Assembly (NCBI GenBank): GCA_038886535.1
Contig: JAVZXS010000001.1
Coordinates: 96,001-160,000 of the forward strand
DNA length: 64,000 nucleotides
DNA from: Candidatus Micrarchaeia archaeon
GTDB taxonomy: Archaea; Micrarchaeota; Micrarchaeia; CABMEP01
Direction: 5' to 3'
In this document: positions 49,324 to 59,508 of the stretch, piece after piece
How positions within the stretch are numbered: the first letter of the stretch is position 1
How the letters are laid out: each line of letters starts with the position of its first letter
Notes under the pieces: model-generated
What the model was told of the DNA's origin: nothing
The model's input: only the letters and a program-made list of their open reading frames with translations
Database searches by the model: none
Program-made: the position numbers and the translations under genes

Positions 49324-49429
49324 ATCTAGTATAGAAGGTGGTTTCAAAGCTTTTTAAATACTTTAAAAAAAGTTAATTTGTATTAAAATTATAATAATTA
49401 ATTAAAATTCTTATTCGATGTAGTTTAAG
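49324..49429 (+). promoter_or_regulatory. CRISPR leader
   Basis: AT-rich non-coding stretch with BRE/TATA-like CAAAGCTTTTTAAATA between cas2 and the first repeat. Confidence 0.7.
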
Positions 49430-51482
49430 GTCTAAAATCATACAATGATGGATGTGAACAACTGAAATTATTACTTGTCCTGCTGAGATGTCAGATGTCT
49501 AAAATCATACAATGATGGATGTGAACAGAATTTTAAACAAAGTCAATGTTAAGAACAAACCTTGTCTAAAATCATACAATGATGGATGTGAACATGCTCA
49601 GATCCAAACACAAAAAGCAGCCATACTTCAGTCTAAAATCATACAATGATGGATGTGAACTTTTATTCAATCTGAAGGGGGAACAACCTCTTTAAGAGTC
49701 TAAAATCATACAATGATGGATGTGAACATGAATTTAGCTAAATTAAAAAACATTTATTCTCAAGTCTAAAATCATACAATGATGGATGTGAACATAACGA
49801 AATAACAGCAAGCGAAATAATAACACTCTTGTCTAAAATCATACAATGATGGATGTGAACAAATTTTATTAACGTAAGCTGTTTTAATATCATCCGGTCT
49901 AAAATCATACAATGATGGATGTGAACTTAGGGTCTGCATTCACGCCGTCAATAAACTGCTTCGTGTCTAAAATCATACAATGATGGATGTGAACAAGTAT
50001 CTTGTATATTCATATTTTCACCTTTTACATTTGTCTAAAATCATACAATGATGGATGTGAACTCTGATATATCTGATTTAAATCCAATTCCTATTAATAC
50101 GTCTAAAATCATACAATGATGGATGTGAACAGCAACCTATACAACATATTGTATCCATATACATTAGTCTAAAATCATACAATGATGGATGTGAACGAGA
50201 AAAGGTTTATCTTAGAAGATAGTTGAGGTGATAGAATGGGTCTAAAATCATACAATGATGGATGTGAACAAACTATTACAGAACTTCTTGGATATGAAAA
50301 TGTGTCTCGTCTAAAATCATACAATGATGGATGTGAACCAGAAGATGGATTATTATACCTTTTACGAAGCAGTTTAGTCTAAAATCATACAATGATGGAT
50401 GTGAACACGCAAAAAATGTAAGCAACACTACAAAAATCAAAACGTCTAAAATCATACAATGATGGATGTGAACAAAATTAAGAAAGGCAAGAAGGAGGTA
50501 GATTAAGATGTGTCTAAAATCATACAATGATGGATGTGAACTTTAATTCATTTTTTTCTATATATAATATATCAGTTGGTCTAAAATCATACAATGATGG
50601 ATGTGAACTCTTCCTTTTGCGTGGAAGTACCTAAGAGCGTGAAGGTCTAAAATCATACAATGATGGATGTGAACTATTGACACCATCTTCTGCAGGAATA
50701 CCACTCTTTCGTCTAAAATCATACAATGATGGATGTGAACAAAAGTTTGGACAGTATATGGTTTGGAATTTTGGATTCGTCTAAAATCATACAATGATGG
50801 ATGTGAACTTTGATTACATTAATTGCGAGGTTGGTCAATATGAAGTCTAAAATCATACAATGATGGATGTGAACTATTTATACAAGGATTTGAATTAGTT
50901 AAGTTAGAAGGTCTAAAATCATACAATGATGGATGTGAACTAATGTTTTGTCCATACATCCTGTTTCGTGTCTAAAATGTCTAAAATCATACAATGATGG
51001 ATGTGAACACCCAATCAACCAATCTATAATCATTCTGACCTGCTAAACGGCTAAAATCATACAATGATGGATGTGAACAAATGGCAGAAGAATTTTACAT
51101 CGGCATAGGGGTAAAGTCTAAAATCATACAATGATGGATGTGAACATACGAAGAGAGAAAAATACAGAAAACTAAGCTCTTCCGTCTAAAATCATACAAT
51201 GATGGATGTGAACACACTAAATCAACATAAACAAGAGAAGCCAAATATTTGTCTAAAATCATACAATGATGGATGTGAACGATCTTATCAAGGACCATGC
51301 AATAGCTTTGTTTCATGGTCTAAAATCATACAATGATGGATGTGAACATAAAGAAGTCTATTAAGAAAAAACCTATTAAGAAAGTCTAAAATCATACAAT
51401 GATGGATGTGAACTCACAGGTAGCAAGATAGTGGAATTTGCTACTGAGATTGGTCTAAAATCATACAATGATGGATGTGAAA
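49430..51482 (+). CRISPR. CRISPR array: 31 repeats of 30 bp (GTCTAAAATCATACAATGATGGATGTGAAC) and 30 spacers of 36-43 nt
   Basis: Direct count; repeat 25 (51049) has T2G; the last repeat (51453) ends GAAA, consistent with + orientation and the leader next to cas2. Confidence 0.98.
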
Positions 51483-51799
51483 ACTAAGAATAAAAATAGG
51501 AGACTAAATTAATAGATAAAATTATACAATATTCGTTTTAATTTTTTAATTAAATGATTAATCAATCTAATGATTTAAATCAGTAAAAATTAGAGATTCT
51601 AAAATACGAAAGTTTACATCAGATGAACGATACACAGCTATAATGGTAAACAAGAACTTAGTAAAAAAATAAGAAGCCAGAAGATATGAATCTCTCTTGT
51701 ATATTAGAGAGAATTACAGATTCATTCATATCAATATTCAGTAAGGTTTAAAATTAGAAAAAATATAGAAAAGAATGGTTATTTAATTTTAAAGATCTA

Positions 51800-52012
51800 T
51801 TATCTTTCTTTTATAATGCAAATTCTTCTACTTCCAAGTAGGGGAAACAATAAATTTGTACTTCTCTCACACATAATATCTTCAGTTAATGTACATTTAT
51901 AGTAAAATTCATTTATAACTTTCCCATTTCTTTTAAGTCCTAAAGTATTTATTATTAATTTATTACTAAAGTATGGGCATTTTGTAGGTTGTTTTTTATT
52001 TATGTTGGACAT
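51800..52012 (-). CDS. small Cys-containing hypothetical protein (70 aa)
   Basis: AAGGAGGTGA RBS before ATG 52012; four Cys residues. Confidence 0.6.
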   Translation of the reverse strand: MSNINKKQPTKCPYFSNKLIINTLGLKRNGKVINEFYYKCTLTEDIMCERSTNLLFPLLGSRRICIIKER

Positions 52013-52355
52013 AGCTTTCACCTCCTTATTAATGAATAAGTAAGAATCAATTAATATTTACAATATCTATACATCATATTAAAACAAGCCTTGTATTGGT
52101 TTATAATAATTACTTGGTTTACGTTCTTTATAATAATTTATATTATAATAATATAGTTTAATTTATATTTAAATTTTAATTTATATTCAAATTTACTTTA
52201 TTGGGCTTATAGAAATCTTATGTTCTTTAATAAATGGAAAATAATATAATTCATCCTGCCTCTTGTATATTCTGGCATATAACTTTGCCTATCGGCATTA
52301 TCACCAATAATTTACACTAATAATAATTTAGAGGATTTCTTCAGAGTGATATTGT

Positions 52356-53045
52356 TTAAAGGTTACCAAACAAGGCAGAGAACGTTTCTTCATCCTCTTT
52401 TTCTTTACTTTTTTCTCTGTATTTTTCAAATGCATTTTCTTGATTGTCAATTATTATGTCATTACTAGTGATCTCATTTCCATAATCAGATTGTTCCTTT
52501 CTAAATGGTTCATATATTCCATCCTCTTCTTGAATCAAATTTAGATCCAAAAGCCCAGCGTATATACTTTGGGTCGGTTTTTCTTGAGCATCAACCTGCT
52601 TAATTGAAGGATCGCTAGGTTTATTGCCCACTATATCCGCTGCACTATCCGAATTGAACATATTCATTGGACTGAATTGATTATTAGATTGGTTTTCCTG
52701 CAGAATATTCAATGGCATTGCTTCAGAAAATTCATCATTAGAAATCTGTGACTGAACCTGCAGATCTTGTTGATTTTGGGATATATTTGCTAGGAATTGG
52801 TTTTGATTGGTTAGGCCTATAAAATCAACATTTTGATTTGAGTATTCAGATCGAATTATTGGCTGTATGAATGTTGGATGCTTTCTGAAGAAATTCATCA
52901 ACTCTATTGTTCTTTCCCTTCCGCACGCTTGGCACTTTACCGCCATTCTTATATCGTGGACATCGAAATCTGTTTCGAATTCAAACTTATTGACTGTTCC
53001 GCATTCGCATGTGAATGACTTAGCTATCTTTGAGATTTCTTTCAT
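52356..53045 (-). CDS. Zn-ribbon protein with long low-complexity tail
   Basis: CECG...CQACG N-terminus, Q/N/S/D-rich linker, C-terminus EDEETFSALFGNL. Confidence 0.75.
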   Translation of the reverse strand: MKEISKIAKSFTCECGTVNKFEFETDFDVHDIRMAVKCQACGRERTIELMNFFRKHPTFIQPIIRSEYSNQNVDFIGLTNQNQFLANISQNQQDLQVQSQISNDEFSEAMPLNILQENQSNNQFSPMNMFNSDSAADIVGNKPSDPSIKQVDAQEKPTQSIYAGLLDLNLIQEEDGIYEPFRKEQSDYGNEITSNDIIIDNQENAFEKYREKSKEKEDEETFSALFGNL

Positions 53046-53256
53046 AATGGTCGCCTTAATTTCTGTGATAGGAGAAAACAGAGTCTATTATAGTGATAGT
53101 TATATGATACACAAAATATAAAAATGTGGGTCTTTAAGATTTAATTGCAATTAAAACCATCAAAACAAAGGTTTTATAATTTCATCTTACTATATATTCT
53201 TATCTTTTTATCTTATATAAACGTAAAGATGGATATGCTCGATTAATGGTGATTGA

Positions 53257-53436
53257 ATGCTTTGTGAAAGATGCAAAAAAGAAGTGCACTATGCTGAATT
53301 AGATCCATTCTGTGGTAGAAAAATATGTCAGGATTGCACAAAGTCCTCGAAAAGACCACAGAAGAATAAACACGTAGTAATCTGCAAGGATTGCTGGGGA
53401 GATATGGAAAAGAGAAGCAAATTCAAGTCAATGTAA
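53257..53436 (+). CDS. small zinc-finger protein (59 aa), not in the ORF track
   Basis: MLCERC...DPFC...ICQDC...ICKDCWGD; GGTGAT RBS. Confidence 0.8.
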   Translation: MLCERCKKEVHYAELDPFCGRKICQDCTKSSKRPQKNKHVVICKDCWGDMEKRSKFKSM

Positions 53437-53450
53437 GAATCAATTAATAA

Positions 53451-54320
53451 TTAAATCAATTTTTTTGCCTTTAGAGCACTTTTTTCTTTATCCTTTATTT
53501 CTAACATTATATCAAAATCTAAGTTTTTTGTTTCTTCTATATATCTTTTAAAGTCTTCTATATCTATGTGCTTAGCGTGAGTTCCTATCTTTGCATTTTT
53601 TTCTTGGGAGCTATAATCTGTCATTAATACTCCGTCTTTTTCTTTCCAAGTATCCATTGCAATTTCTATACCTTCTCTTCTTGTTTCACCATTGTTAAGG
53701 CAGAGATGGTGGAAAGAGTCAAAAAGAATAGGAATTTTCGTTTCTTGATGTATAGCAACACAATCCTTTAAAGAGTAATTTCTTTCATCGTTCTCTATAA
53801 CGAGCCTCTTCTTTATTTTATTCGGTAATTTTTTGTAATTTTCAATGAATCTTTGAATAGATTCTTCCTTATTTCCATATACACCTCCGACATGTATCTG
53901 TACTTTTGCAGTACTATCAAGTCCCATCAGGTCAAGCACATCACAATGATAATTCAATTCTCTAATGCTGCTTTCTATTATTCTTTTGTCCTTTGCATTT
54001 ATCAAGACAAATTGATCAGGATGCATTGATATTCTAATGTCATTTTCTTTGATGTATTTTCCTATCTCTTTAAATTCTTTTGAAAAATATTTCTGCCAAT
54101 TAAATTTGCATATCGGATGACTAGCAAAAGGCACAATATCTGAACTTATTCTGAAAAAAAGCAAACCATTTTTTACATTGTATTCTAGTATTTTTTTTAG
54201 ACAAGAAAGATTGTTAGATATTTTTTCCTTCATGTTTTCTTCTGAATAATTTGCAAGCCTAAACGTGGAATTAGCAGTACAACCAATACTGTTGTTTATG
54301 CATGGATAACCTATCTTCAT
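53451..54320 (-). CDS. uvsE: UV damage endonuclease
   Basis: IGYPCIN, FRISS.IVPFASH, RISMHP.QF, IHVGG.YG, IENDE, D.FHH, DIMLEIKDKE. Confidence 0.93.
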   Translation of the reverse strand: MKIGYPCINNSIGCTANSTFRLANYSEENMKEKISNNLSCLKKILEYNVKNGLLFFRISSDIVPFASHPICKFNWQKYFSKEFKEIGKYIKENDIRISMHPDQFVLINAKDKRIIESSIRELNYHCDVLDLMGLDSTAKVQIHVGGVYGNKEESIQRFIENYKKLPNKIKKRLVIENDERNYSLKDCVAIHQETKIPILFDSFHHLCLNNGETRREGIEIAMDTWKEKDGVLMTDYSSQEKNAKIGTHAKHIDIEDFKRYIEETKNLDFDIMLEIKDKEKSALKAKKLI

Positions 54321-54389
54321 TCAATCACATAATAAAAAAAGTAATGAAAATTATTTTCCTTCATTTCACAGCGCCATTCACGTGCATCT

Positions 54390-57368
54390 TCATTCAATTT
54401 GGGTTATTCCAATTGTTACTTTTTCATCTTCTATGTCCCAGCTCTTTTTCAGTTTTCCACCAGTTCCAATTTTGATTTCCTTTGCATTGATTTCTCCCAG
54501 TATCTGAGTGCTGTGTTCTTTGATAAGTTTTTCCATATCGTCCGATCCCTTGATATATACCTCTATTTTATCTTTCTCAATTAGATTCATTTCTTTCCTC
54601 ATTGATTGAATTCTTCTTCTTACTTCACTCATTATACCTTCAGCTCTTAGCTCTTCATCTATCTTTGTCTTTAGTAATATAACTCCGTAAGGTGAAGGCT
54701 TGATTTGATAATCTTTCATTTTTTCTGCCCCCTCGATTGTTATGTACTTGCTGAAATCAATTTTCTTTTCTCCAATCTCAATCATGCCTTTTAGGAAGGC
54801 GGCTTCGTCTTTAGATTTCAGCTCAATTATCTTTTCTATTGCTTTTTGGTCTAGTTCGTTTTGTATGTCATTCGAAATTGCAAACTTTGTTTTATCGTCA
54901 ATTTTAACATGCTTAAGGTTTGCAAGCATTCTTATTATTTTGTCAACATTCTTTACTACATTTGCAGTTTCTATACTCCTGCTTACTATCACTGCTTCTT
55001 CAAGAGGCCATCTTAGCTTTATGTTTGCGGAAGCCCTCATTGAATTGCAGATTTCAGCTATTTCTTTAGCTATCTCTATTTGATTTTCAAGCTCTTTATC
55101 TATCTTATTTTCTTCTACTTTTGGCCATTTATGGAAGAATATACTTTCTTCTTTCTTGTCTTTTGCATATATTCTTTGGTAAATGGATTCAGCAGTAAAT
55201 GGTATGAATGGACTTGCAATAATCATTGCCTTGAAGAAAGAATCATAAAGACAGGATATGTCCTCTCTTTTCTTTATTAGTTTCATGTAGAATCTGCTTA
55301 CATCTTGGATAAGGAAGCTTCTTATTTTTCTTAACGCAAGGAAGCTCTCTCCTTTCTCCATGTGTTCTGTTACTTCTTTTATTAAAGAATTTGTCTTTGA
55401 TTCCAGCCATAAATCTTCTATCATTGCGCTTTCTTGCCTTTTCTCTATAGGTTTATAAAATCTTTCTATAAATGTAGCCATGTTGTTTATTATCATTAAT
55501 TCATTCTTTGCCTCATTCATTTCATTCCAATTAAACTTGAGGTCATCCCACGTTGTATTGCTGAGCGCCATCAATCTTACTGCATCCGCAGGATATTTTG
55601 ATATTACTTCTTCCCAGGGAACATAGTTTCCTAATGACTTGTGCATTGCGTTTCCTTTTTCATCAACCACATATCCATGCATTATCAGTGATTCGTAAGG
55701 AATTTCATTATTTAAAACCACTCCTGAACCTAGTAATGAGTAGAACCATCCCCTTATCTGATCCTTTCCTTCTATAATCATATCTGAAGGATAGTATTTT
55801 TCTTCTCCATCCCTCAACCCTGCCCAGATTGCATTACCTGAATCAAACCAGACATCTAACACATCCGGCACTCTTTTCATTTTTGATTTGCATTTAGGAC
55901 ATTCAAACTCTATTTCATCTATTTCTGGCCTATGGTAATCCTTGAGATTTTGTCCAAGCTCAGTTGCAGATCCTATCACCTTGAGCTCGTTGCATTCAGG
56001 ATTTTCACATTTCCATATTGGCAATGGTATTCCCCAGTATCTTTGTCTTGATACGCACCAATCTTTTGCATCCTCTACGAAATTACTCATCCACTTTCCT
56101 GCAAAGTCAGGCATCCAGACAACTTTTGCAAGTTCTGACAACATTTTTTCTTTTTCTTCTGTTATCTTAATGAACCACTGCTTTGATGAGAGATGAATGA
56201 GTTTCGTCTTGCATCTCCAGCAGCAAGGATAGCTGTGTTTTATCTTTCCTGCCTGGATTAAGCTTCCCTTTTCTTTCAGAATTTGGATTATCTCGTCATT
56301 AACTTCAAGCACATTCTTTCCTTTAAATATTCCAGCCTCTTCAGTATATCTTCCATCAGATCCTACTGGACAGAAAATCTCAAGTCCATATCTTTTTCCT
56401 ATTATGTAGTCTTCTGGTCCGTGTCCAGGAGCACAATGCACTAACCCACTTCCATCTTCAGTTGTTACGAATTCATCACTCATCACAACAGGCTGTGGGT
56501 TGGTTCTCCCAGTTTCTTCTTTTAAAGGATGCTCATATTTGTAATCTGCAAGCTCTTTTCCACTGAATTCGCGTGTAACAATGAAAGATTCACCAGCGGC
56601 CTCCTCAACTGCCTGAAGTCTGTCCTTTGCGAAGATCCATTCCTCCTCTCCTACCTTTGCTACTACATATTTTATCAAAGGATTTGCCATCACTGCAATA
56701 TTGCTTACCAATGTCCATGGAGTAGTTGTCCATATGACAAGATAGGTGTTTTCTTTTCCAACAACCTTGAATTTTACGAATATCGAAGGATCTACCATGT
56801 CATGATATTCTAATTCATAATTCGCCATGGTTGTTTGACATCTTGGACAGTGAGCATTAACTCTAAGATCATTATAGAGTAGGCCTTTTTCATATGCAGT
56901 TTTGAATGTCTTCCAGCTTTTTTCAATATATTCATTCTTATATGTTATATAAGGATCATCAAAATCCATCCATACTCCAAGCCTTATGAACTGCTCGTTC
57001 ATGAGATTTATGTATCTCTCGCATAATTCCTTACATCTCTTAACAAATTTGTCTATTCCTACCTTGTTTTCTATTTCTTTCTTTTCCTTTATACCTAATT
57101 CCTTTTCAACTTGTGTTTCTATTGGTAATCCATGGGTGTCATATCCTGCTCTAACATAAACATCATAACCTTGTAGCATCTTATATCTGCAGAATGCATC
57201 TTTCAATGCCTTATTCCATGCAGTACCTATGTGTATTCCTCCAGTTGCAAAAGGCGGCCCATCACATAGGTAAAACTTCTTTCCGTTTTTTCTGATTTCC
57301 TTTGCCTTCTTATAAATATTATTCTCATTCCAAAATTCCAATATCTTGCTTTCATTATCAGTTGCCAT
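54390..57368 (-). CDS. ileS: isoleucyl-tRNA synthetase
   Basis: DGPPFATG.IHIG, GYDTHGLPIE, WTTTPWTL, SRQRYWG.P.P, DVWFDSG, EGKDQ.RGWF, AMHKSLGN. Confidence 0.97.
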   Translation of the reverse strand: MATDNESKILEFWNENNIYKKAKEIRKNGKKFYLCDGPPFATGGIHIGTAWNKALKDAFCRYKMLQGYDVYVRAGYDTHGLPIETQVEKELGIKEKKEIENKVGIDKFVKRCKELCERYINLMNEQFIRLGVWMDFDDPYITYKNEYIEKSWKTFKTAYEKGLLYNDLRVNAHCPRCQTTMANYELEYHDMVDPSIFVKFKVVGKENTYLVIWTTTPWTLVSNIAVMANPLIKYVVAKVGEEEWIFAKDRLQAVEEAAGESFIVTREFSGKELADYKYEHPLKEETGRTNPQPVVMSDEFVTTEDGSGLVHCAPGHGPEDYIIGKRYGLEIFCPVGSDGRYTEEAGIFKGKNVLEVNDEIIQILKEKGSLIQAGKIKHSYPCCWRCKTKLIHLSSKQWFIKITEEKEKMLSELAKVVWMPDFAGKWMSNFVEDAKDWCVSRQRYWGIPLPIWKCENPECNELKVIGSATELGQNLKDYHRPEIDEIEFECPKCKSKMKRVPDVLDVWFDSGNAIWAGLRDGEEKYYPSDMIIEGKDQIRGWFYSLLGSGVVLNNEIPYESLIMHGYVVDEKGNAMHKSLGNYVPWEEVISKYPADAVRLMALSNTTWDDLKFNWNEMNEAKNELMIINNMATFIERFYKPIEKRQESAMIEDLWLESKTNSLIKEVTEHMEKGESFLALRKIRSFLIQDVSRFYMKLIKKREDISCLYDSFFKAMIIASPFIPFTAESIYQRIYAKDKKEESIFFHKWPKVEENKIDKELENQIEIAKEIAEICNSMRASANIKLRWPLEEAVIVSRSIETANVVKNVDKIIRMLANLKHVKIDDKTKFAISNDIQNELDQKAIEKIIELKSKDEAAFLKGMIEIGEKKIDFSKYITIEGAEKMKDYQIKPSPYGVILLKTKIDEELRAEGIMSEVRRRIQSMRKEMNLIEKDKIEVYIKGSDDMEKLIKEHSTQILGEINAKEIKIGTGGKLKKSWDIEDEKVTIGITQIE

Positions 57369-57382
57369 AAAAATCACTTGTT

Positions 57383-57709
57383 CTATTCCTTGCTTTTAGA
57401 TTTATCTCTTATTAACATAACTAAACCAGGTACTATGAAAAGTATTGCTATTATTGTAATTATAGATAATCCTCTTGTAGCTAATACAGAGATTACTGAA
57501 GCAGCAAGCGCGGGTAGGATGAAGAACAATGGGTTAGATACATATTTCTCTTCTATTAAATAGTTTGCAAAAATTGCGATTGCCAATGAAGACATAACTA
57601 TTAAGCCAATTCCATTCATCCCGAATTCATTGACTGAAAATATGTTTAATAGATATACTCCCAATGCAACCATTATTATTATGTTTAGTGAAAGCAACAT
57701 AAATTTCAT
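57383..57709 (-). CDS. small membrane protein
   Basis: Four hydrophobic segments. Confidence 0.6.
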   Translation of the reverse strand: MKFMLLSLNIIIMVALGVYLLNIFSVNEFGMNGIGLIVMSSLAIAIFANYLIEEKYVSNPLFFILPALAASVISVLATRGLSIITIIAILFIVPGLVMLIRDKSKSKE

Positions 57710-57872
57710 TTTCTCATCCCTAAAAATATGCCAAGAATTAGCACATTCTAGATTAATTATATGTCCAAAACTTATTTAAGTATTTTTATATTATATATCT
57801 ATTGTGTGGGTTAAAGAGAGCTAAAAAAATATTATTACTTATGGGATTATATCTCTATTATTTCGTGGTTTT

Positions 57873-58844
57873 ATGGAAGAAAAATATATTCCTTGGGTTG
57901 AGTTGTATAGACCTAAAAAGCTTTCTGAGATAGTAGGACAGACAGAGGTAGTTTCAAAGCTTTCAGAGTATGCAAAGACATACAATATGCCTCATCTTTT
58001 ATTTGCTGGCCCAGCAGGCACAGGAAAAACTACATGTGCATTGGCATTAGCACGTGAACTTTATGGAGATGATTACAGGCACAATATTCTTGAACTAAAT
58101 GCAAGCGATGCTAGGGGAATAGATGTAGTTAGAGGTCAGATAAAAGATTTTGCAAGGACAGCTCCAATAAGCGGTGTGCCTTTTAAGATAATATTTCTTG
58201 ATGAGGCTGATGCATTGACACCAGAAGCTCAGCAGGCATTAAGAAGGACCATGGAAATGTATTCATCTACAACACGTTTTATTTTGAGCTGCAACTGGTC
58301 TGGAAAGATCATCGAACCTATACAGAGCAGATGCGCAGTCTTCAGGTTCAAGCCTCTTTCAAAAGAAGAAGTTAAAAAAGCACTTGCTAAGATAGCTGAG
58401 GCTGAAGGATTGAATTTAAGTGACAAGGCTAGTGATGCATTGATTGATGTGTCAGAAGGAGATATGAGAAAGGCGATAAACATTCTTCAATCAATTTCAT
58501 TGACATCAAAAGATATAGATGAGAATTCTGTATATTCTTTCGTTGCAACTGCAAGACCTATGGACATAGGGCGTATGTTAGATTATGCGTTTGCAGGTAA
58601 GTTCAACGAGGCAAGGACAATTCTTTACGATCTTCTTATAAATCATGGAATAAACGGCCAGGACATACTTACAGCAATCCATAAGGATATAATAAATAGA
58701 AAGGCATTGTCTATACAGCAGAAGGTTAAGTTGGTAGACAGAGTTGGAGAATTCGATTTCAGAATAACAGAAGGGGCAAATGAAAGGATACAGCTAGAGG
58801 CTTTACTCGCATACATAGTTGCTTCCTCTTATGAGGAAAATTAA
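57873..58844 (+). CDS. rfcS: replication factor C small subunit
   Basis: PWVELYRP, GPAGTGKT, ELNASDARG, LDEAD, IQSRC, GDMR. Confidence 0.96.
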   Translation: MEEKYIPWVELYRPKKLSEIVGQTEVVSKLSEYAKTYNMPHLLFAGPAGTGKTTCALALARELYGDDYRHNILELNASDARGIDVVRGQIKDFARTAPISGVPFKIIFLDEADALTPEAQQALRRTMEMYSSTTRFILSCNWSGKIIEPIQSRCAVFRFKPLSKEEVKKALAKIAEAEGLNLSDKASDALIDVSEGDMRKAINILQSISLTSKDIDENSVYSFVATARPMDIGRMLDYAFAGKFNEARTILYDLLINHGINGQDILTAIHKDIINRKALSIQQKVKLVDRVGEFDFRITEGANERIQLEALLAYIVASSYEEN

Positions 58845-58920
58845 GCCTAATTAAGTATAGCAAAGAAAAAACACAATCGCAAAATATTTTATCACATGTT
58901 TATTATATGTTTGTGTTTTT

Positions 58921-59478
58921 ATGGCAATGGATGCAATTTCAAGAAAAATGTTTACATTTAGAAGGAATATGGATAAATTCTTGTCCAGCATCATATTTAA
59001 CAAATTTTCTTCGATTGAAAGTTCTAAAAAATCTCAGAGTTCAGAAAAGCAACATTCAAAAAAAGATCTTAATAAAAGAGAATCAAAATACAAAATTTTC
59101 CTAAAAATTCCTTCCGTATCAAGAGAAAACCTTCTAAATATTTCAATAATATTCTCTATAATCGGCATATTATCTCTTTTTGCTCTATCAATGTTTATTT
59201 CTCCAAAAATTGTATCTGTATCTGGAATCAGTTCCATACATGATGGTGCATATGTCAAAGTAGCTGGATTTGTTTTTGATATAAATTCAAACAGCTTTAA
59301 GTTATGTGATTCGCAAGTCAAGAAGAATTCTGAATGTATAAATATCATAGTTTCACAAGGTACGATTCCTATCTTTCTTACAGAAGGCGACTATATCTAT
59401 GCAGTTGGTTCTGTCAAAAGGTTTAACAATAGATCCTATCTTTACGTCCAATCAAAGGATATATCTTTGATAAGATAA
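58921..59478 (+). CDS. membrane-anchored OB-fold protein
   Basis: One TM helix followed by YVKVAG.V...EGDYIYAVGSV OB-like pattern. Confidence 0.6.
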   Translation: MAMDAISRKMFTFRRNMDKFLSSIIFNKFSSIESSKKSQSSEKQHSKKDLNKRESKYKIFLKIPSVSRENLLNISIIFSIIGILSLFALSMFISPKIVSVSGISSIHDGAYVKVAGFVFDINSNSFKLCDSQVKKNSECINIIVSQGTIPIFLTEGDYIYAVGSVKRFNNRSYLYVQSKDISLIR

Positions 59479-59508
59479 TAGTTCAAATAAATTTGATTCT
59501 ATGAAATA

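Noticed and set aside
50276..51316. Minus-strand ORFs with repeated VHIHHCMILD
   Set aside because: They are translations of CRISPR repeats.
51281..51317. Spacer 28 shares GGACCATGCAAT with the hydrogenase gene (1135-1146)
   Set aside because: Only 12 nt match and the flanks differ, consistent with chance.
51597..51745. Weak repeat-like segment (TTCTAAAAT...GATGAAC) and a possible RHH-like pseudogene fragment
   Set aside because: Similarity is too low in AT-rich DNA and there is no clear start.
54340..54393. GC-richer segment after ileS with ATGAAGA, considered as a second C/D sRNA
   Set aside because: No proper D boxes or terminal stem.
55560..55660. IleRS KMSKS motif reads AMHKS
   Set aside because: Within normal class I synthetase variation; the key second Lys is kept.
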